A DNA stretch of 64,000 nt from contig OZ024746.1 of the NCBI GenBank assembly GCA_964016885.1, forward strand, positions 46,004,001-46,068,000. The letters are read 5' to 3'. The position numbers and the translations under genes are program-made. This stretch comes from Eledone cirrhosa (taxonomy: Eukaryota). The notes below the pieces were generated by a model. It was not told the origin of the DNA. It saw only the letters and a program-made list of their open reading frames with translations, and did no database searches. This document shows, one piece after another, positions 23,606 through 37,740 of this stretch; the stretch's first letter is position 1, and each line of letters starts with the position of its first letter.

Positions 23606-24167
23606 TGTCTCATGGTCGGGTCGTTGGCGACTAAACTGGCAACCCCACCAAGATTTCTTGGTGAGGAGGGTGGCTTTGGACATCCTGCAGGACTAAAAAC
23701 AAAACCTGTCAAAAGGCAAAGGGGCTCTTAAGAGTCAATAGCCATCCAAAATCACCGGGAGAGATGACCCCTTAGCCTGTGTCAAGGCAGAATTCTAGGA
23801 GAAGGGAAACTCTGATATAACACCTGCAACCCTGATGGTATCCAATGATGTTGAATTGTTCTTCTTTTTGGTAAATATCATCTTGGTTAAGAGAGTAGGA
23901 CTGGCTTTGTGCAGTGCCTTTGCTCACTATAAAAGCTTCACAGCACAGGCATTGCTTTATATCTGGAGATCTCTCTGCACTTGTCGTCACATGGTACCAT
24001 GGGCCCAGCACTATGTGTCAATAATTGTCACAAGTGTAGTGTTTGTACCAGAGTTTTCAAGTCGCTGGCTGGACTAAAAAGTCACATTCGTTCAGTGCAT
24101 TGGTAGGGGTTCTCCTACATGGATATAAAGTAGTGGCCGTACTCGAAAACGAGTTGGCAGCCACCAT
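23606..24167 (+). mobile_element. Bipartite non-autonomous RTE-derived element (5'-UTR-like part fused to 3' end encoding a C2H2 finger)
   Basis: Near-identical inverted copy at 48306-48868. 24029-24106 encodes HKCSVCTRVFKSLAGLKSHIRSVHW*. ctaggagaaggg.aactc motif resembles RTE 5' UTRs. Confidence 0.7.
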
Positions 24168-25149
24168 GTGTGAGTGTATCTGTGTATGTATGCGTGTGTG
24201 CTCCTTCCTCCACAGTCCTCTGTTTCTTTCTCATCACTATTATCAAAGTGGCTGGCTCAGTTTGAGATGTACCTTTTATAATTATATGTACTCAGTAACT
24301 TGCAATGTCACAGTTTTGTGACAGTTTCTCCTCATGCCACCATATCTGTCATTTAACCCCACATTGTAACCAACTATTCATTCTCCAGGCTGGTGACAGA
24401 ATAACTTCTTTACATGAAGCTTTCTGTTGTGGAGTAGAATCTTGCAGATCATCCTGGAAGACTGTAGTTGAAATATGTTATGCACTCAGAATAGTTTAAA
24501 TTTCATTGTGTACCTCTTTCTAAGCATTAGGTTTATTTTTGAAAGTGAATAGGACCTTCATAATCTGACGTATTTCTCAGACATTTGAACCTTAGGTGCA
24601 GTGAATTGTTTCTTTTGAGCACACTTCACTCATACAGCTTTTCTGTTTTCTCTATTGGTGTATATATCATGCCATTCTATCATTAAGATGTGCTATGTGT
24701 ATTTCTATATAGTGTATATGTTTATTTATGTAATGAGTGCTGCGTGTGGTATGTGTATTGTTATGAAGTGTGTGTCTATAAACAGTGTGTTTTTGCTAGG
24801 TGTTTTGTGTGTTTGAGACTCTTTGATGTAGGTGGGTACATTAACACTTTGTTTGATTAATGCTGATACAAAATATATATATAGTTTTGCATGTCTAACA
24901 GTAGCCATACTTACTTTAGTTTATCTATGGTTACATACAAGCAAAATCGATACCTGCTTTAGGTGCACATGTTATTTACCTATTAATATATCTAAATGAA
25001 TCAAACTAACCTAATGGATACAGGAACACATTTGATAGACAATAACATACAGACTGTCCTGTACTCTGACGACAACAAAAGACAGTATTAGACTTTTAAG
25101 TGGAAGTAAAGAGGTGAGAAAGGAAACGAAATAGAGAAATTGCATGATA

Positions 25150-26600
25150 GAATATCTAAAAATAGGAAGCATACGAAAAACATGTGGTAATTTTGATAGA
25201 CTAAAAATAACTATAGTTTAAATAAAACAATTTATAGAAGACTATTATCCAATATCACCCCCAGCATCTATAAAAATTCCATTATAATACTTATAAACTC
25301 TATTAACCATGAAGCTAAGGAGATTGCAGCCACACTTAAAATAATTGATAATGTAGAATCAATGCTCCACCCCCACCCATTCACCTAAATGTTGGATAAT
25401 CAGCCCTCTCAAAACAAATGTAGGTATAGTGAGAATATACTTGACCCTATAACTGTTCCCCCATTTATGGAATAGTAGCTAGTCAGTCATAGAGTAGTTT
25501 TTAATATGAGAATTTTTTTCAATATGCTGACACATATGTATATGTGTGTGTGTGTATGTATGTTCATATGCATACATTGATATGTATGAGTATATGAATA
25601 TCAACACGCAAACACAGATACACTTTCAAAAATACATGCACATACACACAAACACACACGCACATACATTTACACAAACACACACATACACTCACACAAA
25701 CACACACATACACTCACACACAGCATAACAAATGGAATGCCAGCCACTGTTTTGCTATAGCTTTTTCACCATCCCCTTCCTTTCTTTTACACACAAACAT
25801 TGTGTGATGGACAGATGGACGGAACTGGCTCAAATTTATATATAGATCTATAATTCCCCCAAATAACTAGGTTTGTTCAATTTGATATTGCATATTGTTA
25901 TTGCTATATTACCACATTCCTCTTACTCTTACTAAACCACTCCTACTACAAGTTTTAGTCATTGCCAAAACTATCTCACCATTTAATGATTCAGAAAGTA
26001 ACATTATTTTTGTATACAAGTCTCTTGTCTTTTGAAAAAATTCTATAACCTTATAAGATAAAATGAATGAAGAAAATTTGTTTTGTGTAGCTATGAATGT
26101 CTTTGATGGGTGGATATGTTTTGAGCATTTTAGATTTCTATAAACTCTTCTTCATTTTAGAAGGAATGGTTTAACATAATCATGGAGTACTTCTTTTTAA
26201 AATATGAATGGTCATATCAAACATATATTTGGGAAAAATATTACATTTTTGAGTGGAAGAAAAATTAGATTTTAAAAATTACTGTTGAAAATAACATGGT
26301 CTTGCTTGGGGATCCCCAAGATATTGAATAGCTGGATCAATTGAAGATGGTTACTTCTGACAGGACCTACTAGAAGGAGTGTTTAAGGACCCTGCCTCCA
26401 TGACCCTCCCAGTAATAAGAGGGAGAAGGAGGCAGATGGGGAGGGGTGAAGAAGAAGAAGAAGAAGAAGAAGAAGAAGAAGAAGAAGAAGAAGAAGAAGA
26501 AGAAGAAATTTTAGATTTAGATGCTAATAAATTTTCCTCTTTTTATAAATCTATTTAAAAGATGTTTTGCATTAACCACCATCTTAATTTTCTTTGTAAC
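25150..26600 (+). mobile_element. Old decayed Naiad-type Penelope-like RT fragment, interrupted by younger inserts
   Basis: Remnant peptides INSINHEAKEIAATLKIIDNVESM (from 25293), FVQFDI, LKITVENNM and LDLDANKFSSFYK are colinear with the 43002 ORF. An RTE (GAA)n tail is inserted at ~26305-26506. Confidence 0.6.
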
Positions 26601-27552
26601 TTTGTTTCAAAAGTTAAAAGGCATACCATTATCTTCAAATGTAGCTGTATTTACAAATGCTGTGCAATTATATTTACAAATGCTGTACTATCATATATCA
26701 ATTTATTAATAATTTTACAACAATAAGAGGTTGAACCCTTTCATAAAAGTTATCTTTACACTGTTAATAATAGAATCATTTTAACATTATTTATTGAAAG
26801 CCATAGTTAAAATAACTAACAAGTGTGGGTTTATCATTTGCATGTCAATGGTTGCTATGTATCCGTCTTAAATATGATAATCAAAAGAAGGGTGCTAAAT
26901 GAGTGTATGTGTTATACTCAGCTTTAGGTTACACACTCACACAAATATTCAAATAAAAGCTAAAGAGAAAAGGCTTAGGGTGGATGTTCAGATATGATAA
27001 AATACACAGACCTTTAGTTTCTAAATGTAAAAATAGAACTAAAAAAAAGATAGGGAACATTTTGTGGTATAATCCAATTTTTAGCTTTAATGTTCATACA
27101 AGTATAGACAAGGAATTTTAACAAAGAACATAGATATATACATTTTTAACTAATACTCTATTACAGTGCTCCACTCTTGGTGCAAACATTTTACCAACTC
27201 TGTCAATTCTATTTATGTAAAATCTTTGAAAATTAATGGTAGTAATGCCATCTCTGAATGAACTTAAGTCGACTGTCCAAAATTCGAATTGAATATTGGT
27301 TTTCCCCCAAAATCCTACTTCAAAGTGACAGTAAATGAATTTAAGTTTCGATATTACTCATGCAGACATTCATTAATTAAACCAAACAGAACATTTTAAA
27401 AACAGTTTTCTTTTTCAACATTTTGTGGAAAGTAAAAAAAAAACTTGCTTTATTCTTGCTTTACACTCCTGAATACAGGCATGGTAAAAGTAGAAATAAA
27501 ATTAGTTGTCATCTTTGCTTAACTGAAAAGATTTTATTATTACTGGATAGAC

Positions 27553-27772
27553 AAGGGCGGTGGATTGGCAGTATTGGTAGAGGGTCAGACGCCATGCTTT
27601 GCAGCATAGAGTTACGGCCCTTTATGACCTGAGTTCAAATCCCGCTGGGATTAGCTTTGCCTGTCAACCTTACTGGGTAGATAAAATAAAGTACCAGTAA
27701 CACACTGATATCGATTCAATCAACTTTCCCCTCCCCACAAATCGTTAGCCTTGTACCTAAATCAGAAACTAT
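27553..27772 (+). mobile_element. Meta-domain-like tRNA SINE
   Basis: A/B boxes (tggcagtattgg, gagttcaaatcc) plus ctttgcc...gataaaataaagtaccag middle. Further copies near 11655, 12745, 14003, 18485, 30113, 39760 and 61630. Confidence 0.8.
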
Positions 27773-29888
27773 GTAATTTCCAAGTAGAAGATTTGCTATA
27801 AGTTTTCAACCTGAAGTTCTCTATGCCTTTCACATATTTCTATTAAATTTTCTTCTTTCTTTTGAACTTCTGGTGCTCTTTGTTTAGTTTCTTCTTGAAT
27901 TGAGCAAAGATAGGTGGGATGCAGACTGTTTATTTAAATTTCGTAATATGGATTTTTGTCTTGAGAGGGAGTACTAAGAACATCTAATGTCAGCAATGTT
28001 TTATTTCCAATTCTTTTCATCGATATTTTATCACTTACTCCTCACTTTATTTCTTTTCCGTTTTTTTTTAAATCTTTTTACTTTGTTTCTATAATATTGT
28101 AGTATCATTGGATTATTTAAGCATAAATGCTATTTGTATAACAGCTTTAGCCTCAGATTATTGTAGTTATCATGGTTGAATTAGATTAGATTGTACTAAA
28201 TGTAGTCGTAGTGATAGTAGGCATGATTAAAGATGAATATGGTTAAGTAATGGTATTATAGCTAAAGCAAGAAAATATGGGGATTTGTTATATCTGTTGA
28301 CTTTGAAGTGTTACTCTGTCCCTGAAGAAATGCAATTGTGTAAAATATAGATGAAAAAATGTGATGTTACATGTCATTTAATGTATAGTATCTCAGGGAG
28401 TTAGTAACAAATAAATTATGTTTGAGCCAATGGATGTGTAATGTTAACTGACATGAAAGACACTGAACAAGTGAGTTGTAAGACTAACTGTACATGAAAT
28501 ACATCAGCTAATGTATACATGAAAGCCCACTGAGAGTTTTGAGGTGATGCAAATGGGTGGCAAAGATGTTTCAACAACAGAACACTAAAGTTGATAAAGG
28601 AAGAAGTGGTGAAGCCTGATTTCAAGTTACTAGGCCTCTCATATAAGATGATATAGATATTGTGTTGAATATCAATATACCGTATGGAAATTATAGACAT
28701 TAACATGATTATAATATTGATAGTGTTGTTAAATTGATACTGACACATAATAGTGCTAACCCATTAATTTCCCTGTCTCATCACTCTGCACATCTCTTCC
28801 ATTACTCTTTCTTCCATCCCCCAATCTTTCTCTGGTCACCAACCCTTCTTCCATCACATGATCTTAGCAAATTGTGAGTCAAACACACACATATTTGTTG
28901 TAGTTGTTTAATATTTACATATATACCTCCTTTGTTCATCCTATTTCTATTCAATAACTTTACCATTAACTGTCATGTTACAATATATCACTGTTTCTCT
29001 CCCTTTCATCAATCTCTTTTCTATCTCTGTCTCAATCTTATTCTAGTTTTCATCTTGTTGGTCATACTGCTTCTATTCAAACCTTTTACCAACAACTAGC
29101 ACGTGGAGTCTATTGCACTCTCAATCTCTACCTTTAACCTCCTATCACTCTCTCACTGTTATAGTTATAGTTCTCATACATTACTCATTCTTTCATCACT
29201 CCCTCAATCTGACTCTCTTCTTGCCTAGTCCTTTGAAAAAAGAAACAATCAATAAATAGAGATGATGTAGGACAGCGGGAATACTTTAGTTTTTCTCTAG
29301 GGATATGTCAATATCTCTAATGCCGGTGCCATGTTGGAATACACCGAGTATAGCCTGTAAAGTGGTTGCCAATGGAGAGGGCATTCAGCAGAAGGAATCA
29401 TGCAAAATCTAACATATGAACAAAACATGCTTCTCAAAATATTTAAGTGGGCAGTAACTCCAAATAAGATCTGACTTTGGCTGTAACAACCCATATAACT
29501 ATAAGAAAAAGGACATAGAAATTCAATTGGAGTCTTTAAGAAGATATATTTACAATAAATTTACTCGTTTCACATTTTGATGATTTTCAAAAGTTAAGTG
29601 AGATGGAGAGATGTGTTGCTATGCTATGATGTGTATCACATCCGATGGGTTGGGAAATTTCTTTCTTTTTTATGCAAAATAAGTCGCTCAGACTTCTATT
29701 TATTTAAAGTTAAAGTACAATTTGATTGATTGTGAATGATCACGTGATTAGGTATAGACTTTTCTTGTAGTTTTTGCGTCAAAAGTTGAGTGTATCATGA
29801 ATCAGTGAATGTGGCTAGTGACACTCCCAAAAGAAATTCATGTCTAGAATTAACTATTTCTTTGAAAATGAATCAAATGCATACATAC

Positions 29889-30060
29889 CTTCCATTATTA
29901 AATTCTTTAAATTGATGATATATACTTTCAATATCTGGACGCATATCTGGATTCTCAGCCCAACATTGCTTCATTAGCTGAATATAGTGTGGTGGAGCAG
30001 CTTGTGGTGAGACTGATGGCCGTATTAATGGTGGTGGTTTCTTTACTTTTTGTATTATTT
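29889..30060 (-). CDS. Receptor guanylyl cyclase exon C: end of kinase-homology domain, (E)IIQKVKKPPPLIRPSVSPQAAPPHYIQLMKQCWAENPDMRPD...NNG
   Basis: cccccag acceptor, GTATGT donor; 172 nt, phase 1 to 2. Contains the CWxExPxxRP subdomain XI motif. PPPLIRPSV resembles, from memory, the retinal-GC-like class of receptor GCs. Confidence 0.95.
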
Positions 30061-33000
30061 CTGGGGGAAAAAAAAAAATCAACATTTTCTATATAATAAT
30101 GATAATAATAATAATAATTGTTTCTACTTTTTGCACAAGGCCAGCAATTACCCCATTGCATTACTGGTGCTTTATTTTTTCAACCCTGTAAGGATGAAAG
30201 GAAAAGCTAACCTCGGCAGGATTTCAACTCAGAACATAAAGGGATATAACTAAGCTGCAAAGCATGTTGCCAATAATAATAAGTACCTTCACAGAAAGAA
30301 ACAATCTCATCAACATTGCAAGTATCTTCATTGCTAAAGATTTAGGTCTGAAATAGACTTCTTTGTTTAGTTTCTTATTGAGTTGAGCAAAGAGGAATAT
30401 TTGTTGGGTTTCCATTCTAAAAGAAGATGGTGGTTCAATTTTCCCTATAGACCTAGCTGATAGCTGGATCCATCCTACACGCAATAGCAGTTGTTTGACA
30501 CAAGCCCCAACTCAGCAATGCATGGGCTCTGAGTGATATCATACAGGCAGTTTCATTGCTCTGCATTCTACTCGGACATGTCTGTCTGATGGTATTTTTG
30601 TGCCTATAGAGCTTGTCACAACCTGGTAGTGTGCTATGCTAAAGACTTTTGGAAATAATCCCCAATCTGAAATTCCTCTAGAAGACCCTATTCAGACAGT
30701 CCTCGTCAATACCCAGAACCGATCCCTGGCCATCATCACTCATACTTTCCACTAACTCACTATAGAAAGAAATTGTTGTTTTCTGGCATTTTTTTCAGTT
30801 GGAAAGTGTCACGAATGCCTGACAGCATTCTAGATCCCAGAATATCAATAAAAATAATTTATTATATCATTAACGCATTTTAAAAAAAATAGTAAAAATT
30901 ATGTAAAATGAATAATCTCTAACTGTCTTTCTGTATCATATATTTCAAATTATTGTTTCTTTTGTGTTTAGAAAGACCTGTAGGCAAGACTTTAATTGAA
31001 AAACATTTTTGTTTTAATCTTCATTCAACTTGTCTGTCACATTTGAGAAAAATAGTAGATTTTATTTTATTTTTTTATATTCAATATTGTACACATTTTG
31101 TTATATTTATTTTCAAGCTAGCACTGGTAGTTACTCCTAGGCTTTCCAGAACATTATATTAAAAAAGATTTCATGAAGTGGTATAGTAATATTTCTTTTA
31201 TATTTTTCAAGTGAAGGATTTTGTTCTCTAAGATTAATATTCTTTCTCCATGAAATATGATATAAGATTAAACATATTTTTCTTCTAACACTCATAGAAA
31301 CAGTTTGAATACTAACAACAAATATTAATGATAAATTTTGCAACTCAGATAAGATATTTTATTCTTTTTTATTTCTCTCTTCCGAGTATTTTCATACTTT
31401 TGAAGGTATGAACACATTTGATAAATATATTTCCAAGCAAGATTAAATGATATTTTCCCAATTCATTTAAATTAAAAATACAAATAACCTTTAGAATACG
31501 ACAGTCATTCAATATACCCAGATTATGAATAAAACTCATCTGTTGTTAGCTATGAACTTTTACTTCATAAAATGATTGCACATTTTATTTAACAAGGAAA
31601 CCAAGATCACATAGAAGCTTTTGTTTTTTCAAATATCTCATCATATGTACGAATATAAAGTTTTCAGTTATATAAGTGAATTTATCAAATATAAAATAAT
31701 ATTGACAAAAGAAAACTTTTCCAGTATGATAGTTATTAAAAATTTAACAGATTATTTAAAATAAGAATATTTTAATATAAAATCTACCAGCTAAGTTGAA
31801 TGAAACATCATTCTCAAATATTACAGGATATATGAGAATGTGCAGCATGATCCAATGGAAAATACAGTACAATCATACCTGTTTAATTAGTATTAGTAAT
31901 CTATGATGATTAGGCTTATCAAATTACATGTCAAATGAACTTTGTAGATCAGACAGGTAGACTAAAATTGTGTGTAAATCCATCAGATGAATTATATTAA
32001 AGGGTTAGGCATGTCACATATGATTGATTCAGCCTAAAAATTACTTTAATAGTACACCAGCCTGTGGAATACTCAACCACTTACATGTTCATTTAATGAA
32101 TCTGTCATACACTTGATTCAACAACTGAATACACATAATTGAAATGTACACTGTATGTCTGTGAACATGGATTGGCATAAGGAAGGGCATCTGGCTGTAA
32201 AACATGGCCAGTGTTACAAAAGAAGACACAGAAATAATGATGTTGATAATGATGATGAAACTAATAAACAATCAATTATATTGTTTTCAAGCAAAGTATA
32301 TGTTAAACTAGCTGACAACGTTTGATGACAGATGCTATGCATTGAATTGATTTGCATGAAGGCATTCAACTCTTTCAAATATTTATCGAAGCAGTATGTA
32401 AATGATTGAATTTGGGGACAATCTAGGCTGTTATTCTGCAAAGCATAATTATGGCCTACATTGGATTTCTATTCTTATTGAAATGACAGTGCTGCTGCTA
32501 CACAAATATATATCACAGGCCACATTCCAATGAGATCATGCAGTGGCATATTGTCAATCACTATTTCATAGGCATGCCTTTCATTCTATTGTGACTAATT
32601 GGAAATTGCTACCTGCATACTCTCTCAGCCCAGACCCACTCAATTCACTCATCTCATGATCATTGTCATGGTTATTGTGTCCAGAAACCAGGGTAAATAC
32701 TTCATATAGTCCATCCTTTACAAAACCTCAGCTCAAGGGATTTCACTCTCAACCTATATTTTTTTAGAAGACAATACCCATTAGATATTCAAGTTGAACA
32801 TCTTATTAGTCACAGATTGCCTGCAAAGGTTATGAATACTGTCCCTGTTCATCCAACTATCATGTGAAATATATGAGAAAATGGATATAAAATATAAAAA
32901 AAGAATGCAAAGCAATGATAAATAGAATGAAAAACATCTAAATGAATATATACCCTACACATTCACTCACATTTGATCCCTGTACAAATTCATTCTTCCT

Positions 33001-34014
33001 GTTTTGTCTTTTTTTCACTTGGCATAAAGCTGTTTTACTAGGCCAGAGAAATTACTTTCAACAAGCTAGAGATTTTATTAAAACAGAAAAATAAGTTCAA
33101 GATGTGGTCCTAACATTTTCTGAGCTGAGAAATAAAACACATCTATTTTCATATATCTACAACGTTTAAAGATACCTTCCTTCCTAAAATCAAATATATT
33201 TAAAATGTTATTTCTTTCTATGCATTTCTTCTAACAAAAATGTTTCTAAGGATTCAAAATATAAATTAATAATAAATATCTCCCAGCTTCACATTTCTTA
33301 TTTTCACAAAACATCTCATTCCCAGAGAAATTTATCTGATGTTACCAACCTCATAATTTTTTCACTTCATATTATTTCACTTCATATTATTTCTGTTACT
33401 AGAGCTCAATGGAAATCATAGTAAGCCAATGTTGCAGCACTATTTAAATTTGTTAATAAAAGTACTCATGTATCTCATGCATGCATGTATCTGTGTGTAT
33501 ATACACTGTTCCTTTTCCTAACATTTGTACATTATTCTATGTACTATACATGCACATTTGATGAGTTGTAGTACACCTGAGCACTATACACAATAATTTC
33601 ATTATATCATATATGATCAGACAGCCTTTTCAATTCTCTTTTAAAATCTTCATATTATGGTACTCTGCAGCCTTTTTCCAATATCAGCCCTAAATATGCT
33701 TCTTTAATGTTTATTTTTTCTTTATAATCTATAGTATAAGAATAGAGGGTTTTTTTGTTTGTCTTGAAATAACATTATTTTCTCAACAAACATAAGAAAT
33801 TTTTTCTCACAGATTCATATCTATACCAGAATAATCCAGGAATAAAAGGTTCCCAGCTTCCTTATATCTATGCAGTAAAAAGAATGAATGAAAGAGAAGA
33901 TTAAAAAAAACCTGAATGTTCTAGTGAAGTTGAAGTGAAACAGTTCAGGATTGGGAATAAAAATGTTATGAATTTATTTTCTGATTAGAAAAAAATATTT
34001 TGTTTTACAACTAT

Positions 34015-35148
34015 CCAGTCCCACTCTGGGTGGTGTTAGGAAAGGCATCCAGCAGCTCTAAAAATCCCTGCCAAAACACAGGTGTCACTTATGAGCTGGG
34101 TAAGATGTGGCTAACTGGCCAGATCCTCTCTCATATCTGGACACCCAGTTCCACACATGGTCGGCAGTAGGAAGGGCAGCCAGCAGCCATAAAAACCCAG
34201 CGTAAATATGACCCCACTATTAGCAAGGCGTGGCACAGGCAACTGGCTAGACATCCCATAATATGGGACCACCCAGCTCCCAAATTACGGTTCTGCTGTG
34301 AGCAGGATATCGTGGAGCCAACTGGCCAGATCCTCCTCATAACATGACCACCCAGTTCCACACTATATACATGGTTGGTATTAGGAAGGGCATCCAGAGG
34401 CTGTAAAAAATCAAGCCAACACAGACCCAATATGTGCAATGTATGGTGAGGCCATCTGACCAGACTTCTGTCACAACAGGACCACACAGTTCCACACTGT
34501 AAACATGGTTAAGTTTAGTAATGGTATCCAGCTGTAAAAATCCCAACCAAATTACAGTTCCATATGAGCAAGGTATTAGTGTGACCAACTTGCCAAACAT
34601 GTCTCTTAATGGTTCCACCCAGTTCCACACTCTAAACATGGCTGGTGGTAGGAAGGACATCCAGCAGCCATAAAACCCCAGCCTAAATACAGCCTCAATA
34701 TCAACAAGGTATGGCGTAGTTAACTGGCCAGATCTCCCTCATAATGGGACCACCCAGCTCCCAAAATGTGGCTTTGCTGTGGAAGGGTATGGTGTGGCCA
34801 ACTGGCCAGACCCTTCTCATAACGGTGCCACCCAGCACTATACTGTAAACATGTTTGGTGTTAGGGAAGGCATCCAGCAGCTGAAAAACCCAGCCAACAC
34901 TGTCCTGATATGTGCAAGGTATGGCGTGGCCATCTGGCCAGACTTATCTCATAATATGACCTCCAAGTTCCACACTGTAAACGTGGTTGGTATTAGGAAG
35001 GGCATCCAGCTGTAAAAATCCCTGCCAAAATACAGTTCTGTTTGAGCAAGGAAGAGTGTGCAGCTAACTGACCAGGCTTGTCTCATAATGTGGACAATCT
35101 GTCTAACCCCATGTAAGCAGGGAAAAATAGATGTTAAATGGTGATGAT
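34015..35148 (+). repeat. Tandem array of 9 units derived from the RTE/SINE 3' tail, with a 4-unit higher-order period
   Basis: Units start ccag(t/c)tcc at ~34015, 34145, 34272, 34352, 34486, 34619, 34754, 34832 and 34961. The array ends in the normal (gat)n tail. Confidence 0.8.
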
Positions 35149-37580
35149 GTTTCTATGTGTGTGTGTGTGTATGTATGTGTATCAGTATTTTCTAGCAAGA
35201 GTAGGTGTTTATGTGTCTGTGTACGTAGATGAGAGTATAAGTGAACTCTTGATAATCTGTTAAACAGTGTGTATGTTAAAAAATTCTTGAAAATTATTTA
35301 AGTCAACTTTAACAATAAAAAAAACAAGAAATATGTTTTAACATATTCAGCATCTGGGTTATGCCAGGCACCATTATGAGTTTTTTTTATATATAAGTTT
35401 CAATTCCGGTTACAAGATCTGTGTTACTGTGAAGTAATGTCAAGAAACTAAATAATCCTCGTCAAAATAATTACTATGTATATATTTAACATGAAGATAA
35501 TTCATGAAAAATGACATTTTTAGACAATGCCAATAAGTCAATCTTTCCACATTACAAGTATAATGGGATCTTATTCTTAAGCTATTAGAGTAAAATGATC
35601 TATCTGTTGAAATATCTCATTTCTAAGACAGTTTAGCCTTTGAATCTTTCTATGTAGTAGGGCAACATTAAATAGAAGTGTATTTCATAAAAAATAATTA
35701 TGGTATTTGGTTATCAGTCTGTTTTATAAAGTATAGGGATTATACTGACAAAATTGTCATCTTGAGGGTAATTAATAATGTAATGAAGTGAAAAAGATTG
35801 TGATGTAAGGTAACTTTTTCTCGATTGACAAGATCCAAGGCTTCATTTGCTATCCGAGAGGTGTAGAGCTTGTGAAATTGGACCTAAGAAACAAAGTGTT
35901 TATTCATCTGTCCATTGCGGATACTATTATCTACGAGTAACAACTCCTGACAAAAAGAGCAACATGAAATAAACTATCTTGCTCAAGTACATGATGCGTT
36001 GCCCAGTCTGGCAATCGCACTTGCAACCTCATGATTGTGAACCCTATTCTCTAAACGCTCAGCCCCACACCTTCACTAATGAATTTTTAATTGGTTGAAA
36101 TCATTGATACTTCTTATTTGCCTTGTCTCCATGTTCTGACAGAAAAGAAAAAGAAATTCTGCTAACAAAGGTTTGCATGGAACCAGCAATATTAAAAAGG
36201 ATAATGATTTCTAAAATTAATGACACAAGTTATGGCTAATTATCTAATTTAATCAGTCCTAAAGGCCTAAAATGTGAAACACACTCGTAATATTTAAAAT
36301 TGTGGTGAAAAGGAATGCAATTAAATCTGCAGGAAATTTGATCTGTTGTTCTACTGACCTGCAAAGAGTTTGATGCCATCCCCACCCCCTAATAATAGTA
36401 ATATCATATTTTTGTCAAAAATATTTTGATGATTGATTCACTATAACAAGTTCATCTTTGCTGCTTTGTAATTGCAAACAGTGTGGTTGACATTAATTTT
36501 GAACATATCCACAGGGGGTAAAATATGAATACGATAATTTTCCATTTATATATCTTCTATAGCTTTCAGTGCAAATATTTATTATTTGCCATATATGCAA
36601 TAGGAATAGTTGCATTTTCTGATAATTTGATGAAACAATAAAAGGTAACTCAGTTACAAAGGACAATCAAATGTAGACAAGAAAAATATTGGAAACATTT
36701 TGTGAAACACAAGAATTCCTAAATGTTCATGATAGATTTTGCCAAAAGGGAAACCACTAAATATTTCCATATTGTTTTTCTGAAAGCTGCATAGGTACAA
36801 GTATTCTAGCCAGCTTCATATTGAAAATATTAACTCTTAAAAGATATTTTCTTTATTATATAGATTAAACTGGAGAGGAAGTGTAAATAGAATGTTTAAG
36901 CTTTGCTATAATAGAAGTTAACATTCATTGAATAAGGTTAATCTGATTAGGATTTAGATTCGATTTTTTTCAGGATTCAAGTCAATGCTGAAACAAATTG
37001 CTATCATGTGGTCAAACCTTCACAGGAAACTGATTTTTGTCAAGAATGTATAGAAATATGATACAAAATGATATATTCCTCAACACGAAAAAACCCAGCA
37101 AATAGTCAGCTACCAGCATTCATTAAAAGGAGAGATTGCAAACTTTTATAGCCTGATTTAAATTTATAGGAAATTCCCAAATTACACTGGGCAATCTCAT
37201 TTATAAATTTTTCTATCTATTTCTATCAGTTGTAGAAAATGGTGATTTTTATGATTTTTTTTTTTATGTTTTGGTTATTCAGAAAGGATAAAATAGTCAT
37301 TTTTTTTACATAGTTCTCATCTGAATATATTAAGATGATTGAATTCATAAAATTAATTATTCCTTAAGATTCTAGTATATTAGACATTGATTGGGAAACT
37401 ACAAAAGGATTGAAAAAGAAAGAACAGTCATATTGAGGAAGACAGATTATTTGGTTTCATAAAGAAAAGTTGAAGAAGACATTGCAAATAGGAAATCTTA
37501 GTTATCTCAACCAGAAAAAGGGATTAACAACTTAAGTGAAACTGGGAAGTGAAACTGCATCGAAACATGAATTTTCAGGA

Positions 37581-37740
37581 GTGTATTATGAATCTATAGT
37601 GCAGACATTGGTGAAAGATTGCTAGAGTGAAAAAGCAGTATAAAATTCTAAATACAGAGGCCTCTGTATTTAGCATTTTATACTGCTTTTTCACTCTAGC
37701 AATCTTTCACCAATGTCTGCAATATAGATTCATAATACGC
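37581..37740. repeat. Loopless ~160-bp palindrome
   Basis: Centre tacagagg|cctctgta at 37660/37661; 80-bp arms with about 3 mismatches. Confidence 0.9.

Noticed and set aside
34015-35148. CRISPR-like appearance of regularly spaced repeats
   Set aside because: Whole units are homologous with no unique spacers, they derive from a LINE tail, the context is eukaryotic, and there are no cas genes.
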